64,000 nucleotides of DNA from NCBI GenBank assembly GCA_963693365.1, contig CAVNZM010000008.1:10503172-10567171 (forward strand). The letters are read 5' to 3'. The stretch's first letter is position 1, and every line of letters begins with the position of its first letter. This DNA comes from Amoebidium appalachense (lineage: Eukaryota; Protista; Ichthyosporea). A model generated the notes under the pieces. The model saw only the letters and a list, made by a program, of their open reading frames with translations, did no database searches and was not told the origin of the DNA. The position numbers were made by a program, and so were the translations under genes. This document shows, in pieces, positions 1 through 9,699 of the stretch.

Positions 1-283
1 CCTTTCCCTTCTCTCCTCCTTACCTAACACCAAGCAGACAACCCTGTCCCCTCCCCCAGCCTCCCCACTTTCCTTCGCTTCCCCCCCCCCCTCCCCCCTC
101 CCCCCTCCCCCCTCCCCCCTCCGCCCATCCCTTCCGGGCCCCCTCCCCTTCCCCCTCTCCTCCTGCAGGTCTTCTCCTCCTCTGCCCCACCCCCCCCTGC
201 CCCCCCCCCTCCCCCCCTCCCGCCCCCGCCCCCTCCAAGAAGAAAGGAAAAAGAAACAACCCCTTCCATCCCATCCCACGCAC

Positions 284-916
284 CTTGTACAAATGCTGCA
301 TAGATCCCCCCATCAGAGGCCTTCTACCCACCACCACCGTGACCAGATAGGTGAAGCAGTGCAACACCATGTTGAGATACACAGTCTCCTCCCAGTTCAC
401 TGAAACATCTCCGAGATCGGGAAGACGGCTGGAAGAGTGCCGCGCAACAAAGATTGGTTCCTCATTCTTCATAGGTCGTGTGGGTTGAAAAAGGAGTGGG
501 GAATAAGAGAGAGGTTTAGGGGGAGCAGAGGGGGTGGCGGTGGTAGAGAGGGGGATGGGAAGGAGAGATGGGGGAAGACAGGAGGAGAGAACAATACGGC
601 TTAGAGGAGTAGAGAGCCAGTGTGTGTGTGTGTATGGATGGGGGGGAGGGGAGGGGGGAGGGGGAGGGGGGAGGCGGGGGTTAGAATGTGCTGCACAAAA
701 TGGAGTACAATATTGACTCTAACTGAACATTGATTTGCAGCGAGGGAGGCAAAACGAAGGCAAAGGTTAAACGATGATAAGAGATCCTCACATAGCATAG
801 AAGAAATGTGGGAGGAAGCAGCAACTCTTGCGAGTTAGAGAATAGAAGGAAGTAAGTGAAGAAGAGAAAAAGTATCAGAGGGGGGAAGGGGGGGGGGGAG
901 GGGGAAGGGTCAGGAG

Positions 917-949
<33 letters not shown>

Positions 950-1277
950 GTTAAAATGCAGACGCAAGGACAACCACGTTGCAATGCTTCTGGACCATCG
1001 ACAAGACACAGTAAAACAACATTTAAGTTACTTAATTGGGGACACTTACTTGTTCCCTCGAAGCACGCACGAAGAACAAAAGGTCGTCGTGAGTGTCGTC
1101 GAAGTTATCGACAAACAGCAACCTATACACGTCCACCCAGAAACTCAGATCCACAGATGGAACTCGCACAAACCCGTTCTCCTCTGCTTCTTGGCTTTCT
1201 GCTTTTGCTTTTGCTTGTCGTAGAATCAAATGCTCTCTAATAAGCTCAATTCCCTTTTCAAGCGCTGAACCTGCCAT
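284..1277 (-). CDS. KIAA0930/C22orf9-like (DUF2045) protein, first two exons; gene continues past the left window edge
   Basis: Exon 1277-1050 (MAGSALEK...FWVDVYRLLFVDNFDDTHDDLLFFVR, donor GTAAGT) and exon ~466-284 (PIFVARHSSSRLPDLGDVSVNWEETVYLNMVLH, donor GTGCGT) match recalled DUF2045 motifs (FW...DD(M/L)LF(Y/F)VR; LP.LGD...WEE.V.LN). The exon-2 acceptor is uncertain (466 or 460). Confidence 0.8.
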
Positions 1278-1815
1278 CTTGTTAAGTTATCCGGCTTATT
1301 ACGAGTTCGTTTGAGCATTCGTTGTTTGTACTTCCCGTGTCTACAACACAAAACGTAAAGTTGTTGAAACTAGACAGCAAGCCATCGACCAGAAAAGATG
1401 CTGCTAAAACTACACCAGCCAAACGCAACCACCAAACTCTCAGGGGTTCTGGTGCGGAAGCTATAAACCTTCGAACCAGTATCTTAGTTTTGACGCTTTA
1501 AAAAAAAAAACGCATGCAGCGGAAACGAGATAGTGGTTTAGAAGTTGTGAGTTGCGAAGTCCAGAGATCCAAGCCGGGTGTGCTTGCTAAAAGGAAGGTT
1601 CGAAGCGTAAATATGAGACCCGTTATGGTCACTTCTTGACGATTATGTGTCCGGCTCTCTTTCTGCGTGCACCTCGTTCAAAACAGCACGCCCACTCACA
1701 TAAGGCCCTCTTGTGTCCTCAAAGTATCATAGGCATTAACGTCATCATCATCTATACATCTTAAAAATTCTACCACACTGTACAAGCTATTCGAATTTTC
1801 CTGTTCATGTTTCTG

Positions 1816-1960
1816 CACGTGAACAACGGATAACACGATGGGGCGGAGGGGAAGGGGGGGGGGGGAAGGAGAGGAATGTGTCGTGGAGAACGAAGGTGAA
1901 GTACACGTGCTTTCGATCATAAGGGACAACACGATGCACAGTGCAAACCACACAAAGAGC
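1816..1960 (-). repeat. Degenerate fragments of the dispersed poly-C-bounded repeat family
   Basis: Reverse complement contains TGTGTGGTTTGCACTGTGCATCGTGTTGTCC and CATCGTGTTATCCGTTGTTC, matching the copies at ~55150-55180 and ~34325-34345. Confidence 0.55.
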
Positions 1961-3202
1961 CGGGAATAGCACCGATAAGCAAGAAGGGCGAACGGGGGGC
2001 AGGGGGGGGGGGGGGGGGGGGGGGGTTAGAATAGCGTACGCATGCATGTGAGAGTACGAAACACTCATTTACAACGGACAACACTCCGGATTCTGCAGGG
2101 GGAAGGGGGGGGGGGGGGAGGGGGGGGGGGGGGGGGGGAGGTTGAATTTTTTTGTATGTAGCAAACAAGAATATATTTGGGTAGATACCAGCCACCACTC
2201 TTTATTTGGCCCCATTAAAGTCGCCCCTCATCCAAGTTCGTGCAGACACCGACACTACTCCTTATTTAGGTATCGTAAGGAAAAAAAAGCATCTCTCATC
2301 ATACTTGTGAGTGACCGACACCAGTATTCAGTTAGTTAGAAGTATAAACTTCACAACGTCTATCTCAACAACAAATCTGCTTAGATATAAAAAGACACCT
2401 CGTTATACCACTACGTAATAGATGAAACCACCGTAAAAACCAACATCAACCCATTTCAAAACCTTTGCTTTCGTGTCTGTATGGCAACCTGGCGCCGCAA
2501 GATATTTGGAGACCACGGCTACTTCAGCCTGTGACTTGTGTAAATAAAAAGTCCAAGAAATACCCCTGAAGAAACCCCTCACAACTTAATCGGTAAGAAT
2601 AAATCACCTGAGCAATTTGTGACATGCTGCAATGCACATCATTTTGTTTACACGTAGGCTGGCAAATGCCTTCAGACAGTGTCGTATCTTGCTCCTAGAT
2701 GGGCGAGTACGTTGTGCAGCGCCGAGGCAGACCGGATTTTCAAAAAAAGGTAATCAAATGCACTATAAAAGAATTACAAAACCATACATACACCAAACGC
2801 TTGCACTTATGACAACCCTTCTTTTCAAAAGAGGTAGTGCTATATTTCTATACCACCACCAATTTGATCAATACCTCTACTTATATAGCCTACTGAGTTT
2901 GATACAAGCTGTTCAGCTTTACAGTGCATTAGTAGCCAACCCAATGTGGTTGCTTAGCGGATCACTGAAAATCATTTTGTCGCTGTGTGATTGCCATCAC
3001 AAGGCTTATAATCATAGTTAACTCCGAAGTTTTTCATGCACTGCGTTGTACTCGAGCAAGTTTGGTCCACACATGTGCACATGCAAGCAAGCAGGAAGGT
3101 TTTTCCCTCGACATCGGGCCTAGGTGAGGGTGGGTGGATGGGAAGTGGTGGTGGGGCGCGGTGGTGGTGGTCCGGGGGGGGGGGGGAGGGGGGGGGGGGG
3201 GG

Positions 3203-3377
3203 TTTGAATGCGTCAAAAAGTACGAAGTACACAAGAACAAACGGATAACACGATGCAGAATGCAAGCCATACATAAAGAGTATGCATAATAAGCAGAGCC
3301 CATCCTCAGGGGGGGCCCACGTCATCCACAGTACCCGAGTTTCGACCTATTCCCCTCGTTAACGAAACCCAACTCAG
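3203..3377 (-). repeat. Dispersed repeat copy (SINE/MITE-like), apparently identical to 34203-34377
   Basis: 175 bp read identically to the copy at 34203 (CTGAGTTGGGTTTCGTTAACG...GACGCATTCAAA). The ORF track shows the same 41-aa peptide at both loci. G tracts on + flank both sides. Confidence 0.9.
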
Positions 3378-3818
3378 GGGGAGAGGGGCGGAGGGAGGGG
3401 GGGGGCCAACCAACATACCACATTCAACAGATAGCTTCTTGAACACCTTTCTTCCCAGTGTGGCTGCAGGTACTTTTTGCATCCACGAGAGTGCACTTGC
3501 GCCGAGTTCTCCGCTGGTTAGGCTGTATTTTATTTGTACAACACATCAGTTTTGCACGGTCCCAAACGAAGACTCGTGTACGGGCTCGTCAACTTACGAC
3601 CATCAGCTTGCATTTGGTCGTTTCGCTGATCAACCAGTCCACTCGTTTGATGAAGAACTCACTCAGACCAGCCCTGTAGAAAATGGGGGGGTGAGAAGAA
3701 AGCACACGAAAAAGGGATGAAGGAAGAAAAACGTGAAACGACCAACGGGCGTTGGGGTTGTTACGGAGGGGGGTGGGAGGGAGGGGGGGGGGAGGGGGGA
3801 GGGGGGATGGAGGTAGGC

Positions 3819-4361
3819 GAGGGCACGCTACAAGGGCCTTGGTACCGTACCCTTTGGCCGTTACACAAAGTGCTCGGCGCTGGGTGGTTTTCGCCGCCAC
3901 AAAGGCCTTGGCAAATTTAACCACAGCAACAAGAACTTGGTAAAGCAGAGGAGGAAGGGAGGGTGAAAGGGGGGAAAGGAGAGGGGGAGGGGAAGGAGGA
4001 GGAGGGGAGCGGAGAGGGGGGAGGGGGGGGGGGGGGGGGAGGGCAACGCTACAAAAGCCTTGGTACCCTGCCCGTTGGCCGCTAAGCCAGGTGTTTGGTG
4101 CTGTGGGGGTTTCGCCGCCACAAAGGCCTTGGCAAGATTTACCACAGCACCAAAAGCTCGGCAATACGGAGGGAAAAAAGAGGTCGGGGGAAGAGGGGAG
4201 GGGGGGGAAGGTGAGGGCACCGCTACAAGAGCCTTGGTACCCTACCGATTGGCCGTTACACAAAGTGCTCGGGCTGGGTGGTTTTCGCCGCCACAAAGGC
4301 CTTGGCAAAATGTACCACAGCACCAAGAACTTGATAACGCAGAGAGCCAAAAGGAGGCCCC

Positions 4362-4400
<39 letters not shown>

Positions 4401-4930
4401 ACCGCTGCAAGAGCCTTGGTACCCTACCCGTTGGTCGCCAAGCCAAGTGCTCGGTATTGCCGGGTTTTTGCCGCCCCAAAAGCCTTGGCAAAAACATACC
4501 ACAGCACCAAATACTTGGTAATGCGGAGGAAGAAAGACGGGAGAAGGTGGGGAAGGGAGGATTAGGGGGGGGGGGGGGGGGGGGAGGGGAGAGGGGAGAG
4601 AAGGGGAAGGTGAGAGGGCACCGCTACAAGAGCCTTTGTACCCTACCCATCAGCAGCTACACAAATTGCTTGGTGCTATGTGGTCTTCGCCGCCACAAAG
4701 GCCTTGGCAAAACTGACCACAATGCCAAGAACTTGGTATCGCGGAAGAGCTACAAGGAGGCCCCGGAGGCTGGAGGGGGGGAGGAGGGAGAGGAGAGGGC
4801 GAGGGCACCGCTACAAGAGCCTTGGTACCCTGCCTAGTGACCGCTAAGCCATGTTTTTGGTGCTGCGGGGTTCTCGCCGCCACAAAGGCCTTGGCAAAAA
4901 ATATACCGCAAACCCCAAGAACTGGGTAAG
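3819..4930. repeat. Tandem array of six ~125-bp units separated by variable G/A-rich spacers
   Basis: Units start at ~3819, 4039, 4213, 4397, 4614 and 4801 (GAGGGCACCGCTACAAGAGCCTTGGTACC...CGCCGCCACAAAGGCCTTGGCAAA...CCAAGAACTTGGTAA). Confidence 0.9.
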
Positions 4931-5589
4931 GCAGAAAAAAGGAAGAAGCCAAGCAGAACAGCCAGTGCACAGGCGTCTTACAAACGTACTAAGCAAGACC
5001 TATTCACACAATGCCTCTTTTCACCCTCACCCACCTTTTTTCTCGACGTTGATGGCAAGCCGACGTAGGCGTTCAAAAACATCGCAATGCTTCACTTAAA
5101 GTTTGAGGACTCGATCTTCCGTGACGACCCAACTCCGGGTTCCATGCCTCCATGCCACAGCGTCGGACACTTGCATCTGCGTTTATGCGTGTGGTAAAAA
5201 TAGACCAACCACGAAGCCTGTACTGACGAAGGTCATGATTTAGATAGCTTATGTCGAGGTTGTATATACGTAATTTGATTTAAGTATCTGTCATGTTTGC
5301 AAGCTCTTGAGATTTAACGCCAAAATTGTTGCTCCCAGGAAGAGGCGAGAGCCGAAACATTGGTCAGGCTACGTGGAGGTTTATGATGTGTATGTACACG
5401 CGTCATAGTTCTGGTCGCCATCATGCTGGTCGATGCGTGATCTGTTTTCATAGGCGGCGTGGCTGACTTTTAGAGGTTCTTGGCCTATGACAACGGAGAA
5501 GAAAAAGCAGCAGACGGAGAAGAAAAAGCAACAGATCTAGAACAGCCTGACCTTTGAGGTCTCAGTGAAGTTTCGAGTTACAGTAGCAC

Positions 5590-5721
5590 AGTAGATAGAC
5601 ATGGGGCAATGCGCCCCACTTTTATCGGGTGAGCCTGGGCCCGGGCTGGGATCGTCCGATCGACCCATGACACCCGACCCGACCCGACCCGACCGGGCAA
5701 GCACGTCACCGACCCGAACCT
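5590..5721 (+). repeat. Left TIR core (132 bp)
   Basis: Matches the reverse complement of 16427-16557 except for one extra G (CAATGCGCCCC vs CAATGCCCCC). Contains (GACCC)n pentamers. Confidence 0.97.
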
Positions 5722-5894
5722 GGAAGGTGCAATCTGAAAAAGACCCATCCATCTGGCCCGACTCGAACCGAACTGACCCGATCATCGGATCGTCGACCCG
5801 AATGTTCATTACCCCGGCCCTGTAGGCAAGCGCGTTTTTTTTTTGCCACCCCAACCTGGATGCGCGTCATAGGGTGACCCCCCAACCACAAGTC

Positions 5895-5923
5895 AAAAAA
5901 AAAAAAAAAAAAAAAAAAAATAA

Positions 5924-5986
<63 letters not shown>

Positions 5987-5988
5987 AA
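5895..5988 (+). repeat. Poly-A plus (TAAA)n microsatellite within the left subterminal region of the element
   Basis: Read directly from the sequence; it lies between the second and third degenerate inverted-repeat blocks. Confidence 0.9.
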
Positions 5989-6047
5989 TACAATTCCGGG
6001 ACCCCAATGGCATAGTAAAACAGACACGAGGCCCGAAAGTCAAAATC

Positions 6048-6427
6048 ATGTCTGCCCCGGAGAATCACGACGATAACACCCAACATGTTAACGTTGGTGA
6101 TCAAGAAGAAATCAACATGCATGACGACTCAGATGTTGGTGATGAGTACGACTATGATCATGATGAGTGGGCCCTCTATGATGCTATGCGTGAGGAAGCA
6201 CTTGAAAATGCTGTTGATCAGCTGGTGGAGGATTATGAAATGGGAGCGGAAGAGATCTGTTACAAATCGGAATACCAATCAGTATTTGCCATCTGATGGG
6301 AATGCACGCAATTTGCTACACATTCGAAGTGGATGCCCTTGAAGCGTTGAATTTAGCGGGCCGGATGTCCCGTGAGGAATTTGAAGGCTACGTGCAGATG
6401 GCACAGCAGGCCGAGCCAGCGAGATAA
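6048..6427 (+). CDS. Small acidic hypothetical protein of the element: 82-aa ORF plus an overlapping 43-aa ORF, possibly one frameshifted gene
   Basis: ATG in AAAATCATG context at 6048; D/E-rich ORF to TGA at 6296. A TGATG overlap starts MGMHAICYTFEVDALEALNLAGRMSREEFEGYVQMAQQAEPAR* (6296-6427). Confidence 0.55.
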
Positions 6428-6659
6428 CACTACATCATGATCAGATTCTAACCTTGTAGGGTGGGTGATGCCTCCACTTCCCTACCGGACCACTGGCACT
6501 GGCAGGTCAGCCGACCGCCCGGACCAGCCCAAAGTATTTCTGACCTGGACCTCACTGGCAGACTTGTTCATGTCGGGACTGCCCGATGATCCTTTATTTT
6601 TTTAGCTCCGCCAATCAAACGACACCAGCCAACTTGAACTAACTGGGTTTTGTCACATT

Positions 6660-7913
6660 ATGACATCGACTCCATTAACCACACACTGTTTCGCACCCGG
6701 TACGCTCTATGCTGACATCTTGTCGTTGACATCATGGGTTTACACCCCAAAGGTTGTTGAGATTCAGTCCATGGGACCCAAAACGGTAGGCATTCCTTCA
6801 GTTCGTCGCAGACGCCCTGTGGTGTTTGACCTCACCGCACATAACGGTGGTTACGGCTACTTCTTAACTCTCATAGACCCTTCGTCGAAACGTGGTGTAT
6901 GGCAGCCAATACCGTCCAAATCATCCGCAGACACCTCGCAAGGATTCAGCAGATGCCTGAGAAGATTATACCATCTGCAAAGGCAAGCATACAGACCCGA
7001 AAATGAAACTGTGTTCCCAGGCTTCCGGTCAAAACAATCCGACTATGACACAGGAGGTCAAAACCATCTATATAATCAGCTATTCACCGATGGAGGATTA
7101 GAGTTCCGAGGTGTCTTTGCGGTGGAGCTAGACGCATGGGGAATACGACACAATGTGGTAACACCAGGTGACAAATGGAAAATGAGCCCGGTGGAATCAT
7201 TCAACAAAACTCTCCGCAAGATGATTTCTCGACACTTCATGAATGCAGGTACAACTGGATTTGACTTGGTCACAACGCAAAGGTGGTTGCAGTTGGAACA
7301 GGAATACAATATCAGCAGACCTCACAAGTTGCATGGTAAGCCGCCCGCCTTTGTTACAAGACATGACGAGCGCACTTTACGTATAAAGCTGTTCCACAAA
7401 CGCATGAGTGACTATCGCAAGCACTACACCTTCAAACCAGGTGACCATGTTCAGATACGCAACGCAATCTTTTTGTATAAGTCATCTAGTTTTGGCGACC
7501 AGCATGGCCGTGGCGGTAACGTACTCTACAAGGCCAGCATGGATCCTAACCGCCCCGATCCAGAGTGGGACCATCGAACCTACGTTGTAGACAGTTTAGC
7601 AGGTTTCAAATACGCACTGAATCTTGTGACCCTTGATCCCAGGGAGGCGTACACTCAAACCAAAACCTACAGGCATCCCCGGGATATAAGAAAGGTACAA
7701 TTCACTGAACAGTCATTGACAAGCTCATCCAATGTCCACATGGACAAAATAGATTTGGACGCCATGTCTGAACTGGACAAGGAGCTGTATGCAGCAGACA
7801 TCCTTACAGGTATGAAGCAGAGCAGGAAGCGTACCACTGATGAAACATATCAACCACCCGATCGACGCTTCTACAAAGTACAGAAAAGGCAAAGTCGCAA
7901 CACCAACTCATAG
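6660..7913 (+). CDS. Retroviral-type (rve) DDE integrase, Polinton-like
   Basis: LYADIL ... YFLTLIDPSSK ... LFTDGGLEF ... PVESFNKTLR (34 residues between D2 and E) ... EYN..RPH..HGKPP ... FKPGDHVQI. Uninterrupted 417-aa ORF; no HHCC finger or chromodomain seen. Confidence 0.93.
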   Translation: MTSTPLTTHCFAPGTLYADILSLTSWVYTPKVVEIQSMGPKTVGIPSVRRRRPVVFDLTAHNGGYGYFLTLIDPSSKRGVWQPIPSKSSADTSQGFSRCLRRLYHLQRQAYRPENETVFPGFRSKQSDYDTGGQNHLYNQLFTDGGLEFRGVFAVELDAWGIRHNVVTPGDKWKMSPVESFNKTLRKMISRHFMNAGTTGFDLVTTQRWLQLEQEYNISRPHKLHGKPPAFVTRHDERTLRIKLFHKRMSDYRKHYTFKPGDHVQIRNAIFLYKSSSFGDQHGRGGNVLYKASMDPNRPDPEWDHRTYVVDSLAGFKYALNLVTLDPREAYTQTKTYRHPRDIRKVQFTEQSLTSSSNVHMDKIDLDAMSELDKELYAADILTGMKQSRKRTTDETYQPPDRRFYKVQKRQSRNTNS

Positions 7914-8055
7914 AGCCACCCGCCTACTTGGTCACATTGACTCAAGTCACTGGTCGCGGCGCGGCGACCGATGTCACGTCATGACATCTGGGTCATTTTT
8001 TTTTTCTGTGGTCACCATCAAATCCTACTGCTCAGGTGACCCAAGGTCCAAAACC

Positions 8056-8559
8056 ATGGCTTCAAGTCGGCTTAGCAATGACGACCTGTACATGTCGATC
8101 CGGTCCGTAGTTGACGATTTTACAGCCATCAGCAGCAATCCAGCCAAAGAGCTGACAAAGAAGCAAACATTACTCAAAAAGAGACTTGGATCAAGAATCA
8201 TTCAAGCCATGCGCACCGCACAGGTCTCACAGCTCTTCACCTCATCACACATCATCTTACTCAACAGAGTTGAAGGACGTAGTGTCCTACCAATGAAGTC
8301 CCTCACTGCTGTGGTGGAAGAATACTTCAACACCACAAAGGAGGTAACGGCAAGTGGCCTTCTGACACAGCTACGCAACGCTCGTCCATGCACGGTAGCC
8401 TGGCGATTATCCGTTAGGTCCAGAGTGGCAGACCCCAATTGGTGTCGGGTATCCATGAATCCAATCCCCAACAAAACGGCCATGGCACCAACACCGGCCA
8501 CCGTGACCCACCGCGACAAAGTGACTCTCGTGCCAGCAAGCGGCGAGCTCAAGGCCTGA
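8056..8559 (+). CDS. Hypothetical protein, N-terminal ~120 aa resembling the giant-virus (NCLDV) DUF5760 family
   Basis: ATG in AAAACCATGG context. KELTKKQTLLKKRLGSRIIQAM...LPMKSLTAVVEEYF...ASGLLTQLRNAR...RLS fits the recalled DUF5760 pattern. The family call is by eye only. Confidence 0.55.
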   Translation: MASSRLSNDDLYMSIRSVVDDFTAISSNPAKELTKKQTLLKKRLGSRIIQAMRTAQVSQLFTSSHIILLNRVEGRSVLPMKSLTAVVEEYFNTTKEVTASGLLTQLRNARPCTVAWRLSVRSRVADPNWCRVSMNPIPNKTAMAPTPATVTHRDKVTLVPASGELKA

Positions 8560-9608
8560 AAAAAAAAAATGCCAACTCCTCAGGAAACAAGGTTAACACT
8601 TCAGCTGTCAACGAAATCACAGAGATGTCAAGGTCCACAGACTCGATGCTGGTAGATGACATCACGATGGATCAGAGTCTTCACCAAAGCAAGGAAGACA
8701 ACACCTCCACATTAACACCAATTGTACCAACTGGTCCAAGCTTGTTCTCACTTGACGCCGACAACAAAATAACAGCATCTAACAAATCCTACCAGTACAC
8801 GGGTGTGCTCAAATCCATCCCAGCAGCAGAGCTCGTGGATGCCATGCAGTTGGCATTCCCCACACAAGTTTCACAAATTGTCACACGGTTGACGGATGTC
8901 TATGGCAGCAAAGTTTCCAAGAACAGCATCAAACAAGTCCTGCTGCGGAACCCAGGTCTCGTCAAGCAGATCCACAAATCCACAGATCCGAGAATCGCAC
9001 AACTCCGTCAAGTAACCGAAAACAAGTTCAATGCAAAGTTGGAACGTTTTCGCGCGGAAGCCCCAGTCAAGGCTTCCATCAACAGATTGGTCAACCCACA
9101 CGTCCGCGGCTACAAGGGTTGCCTTCTCACCAAACTGCAGCCCCAGGATTACGAGGACTGTGCAAAAATGGGGAGTCTGGGGAACCCCACATACCAACTA
9201 CTCGGCAAGGGTGACGGCGCACCACGCAAGTCGATACGAGACGTAGTCGTCACCGAAAAAGCAGACACACATATTGGTGGCGAACTGGCCAAGCGTGCCA
9301 AGGACATGGTTTCACTTACTCCGGCCGTTCAAAGCTATTTCCCAAACACGGTCCGCAAAGCCATTGTCCAGCAGGGCACATACCGCCCCAACGACGACGG
9401 AAGTCAAATGAAAGAAATCAGAGCCACCCTGATGGCTGAAGAATTAAGAACAAGAGAGAAGCTCAGCGCCATACGCCTTGCTCAGGCCCAAACGTCCATG
9501 GCGTCAGCAGGCTTTGCACCTCGATACTCCTTATCGGCCGATAGGAGTGTACTCAGTCAGGATTTCGATTCGAGAACACCATCACAGACACCCAACCAGA
9601 CCTACTAG
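8439..9608 (+). CDS. Hypothetical protein (probably helical); may be the frameshifted C-terminal continuation of the 8056 ORF
   Basis: 389-codon open frame with first in-frame ATG at 8625. It overlaps the upstream ORF, and a 1-nt loss near GACCCCAATT (8431-8440) would fuse the two into ~516 aa. No jelly-roll, Walker A or protease motif seen. Confidence 0.7.
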   Translation: MVSGIHESNPQQNGHGTNTGHRDPPRQSDSRASKRRAQGLKKKNANSSGNKVNTSAVNEITEMSRSTDSMLVDDITMDQSLHQSKEDNTSTLTPIVPTGPSLFSLDADNKITASNKSYQYTGVLKSIPAAELVDAMQLAFPTQVSQIVTRLTDVYGSKVSKNSIKQVLLRNPGLVKQIHKSTDPRIAQLRQVTENKFNAKLERFRAEAPVKASINRLVNPHVRGYKGCLLTKLQPQDYEDCAKMGSLGNPTYQLLGKGDGAPRKSIRDVVVTEKADTHIGGELAKRAKDMVSLTPAVQSYFPNTVRKAIVQQGTYRPNDDGSQMKEIRATLMAEELRTREKLSAIRLAQAQTSMASAGFAPRYSLSADRSVLSQDFDSRTPSQTPNQTY

Positions 9609-9699
9609 TACTAGTAGGCACATACAGCGCTTTGGGAACGCCACACCCACCAACATCGACCAACCCCGGTCGCCCCCCAAACACCACTCGCCCCCCTAA

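Noticed and set aside
3819-4930. CRISPR array (repeat-spacer look)
   Set aside because: Repeats are ~125 bp and degenerate, spacers are low-complexity G/A runs of variable length, no cas genes are present, and the context is eukaryotic.
5494-5530. 17-bp direct repeat ACGGAGAAGAAAAAGCA near the left TIR
   Set aside because: Local tandem duplication outside the element with no counterpart at the right end.
5584-5589. Canonical 6-bp Polinton TSD, or a TIR starting at C5589
   Set aside because: TAGCAC differs from GCACTT. Extending the TIR by one base leaves only a 2-bp CA duplication and loses the AG...CT termini.
8439-9608. Major capsid protein or packaging ATPase of the Polinton-like element
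   Set aside because: No GxxGxGKS/T, and the sequence looks helical/low-complexity rather than beta-rich. A highly diverged capsid cannot be fully excluded without structure prediction.
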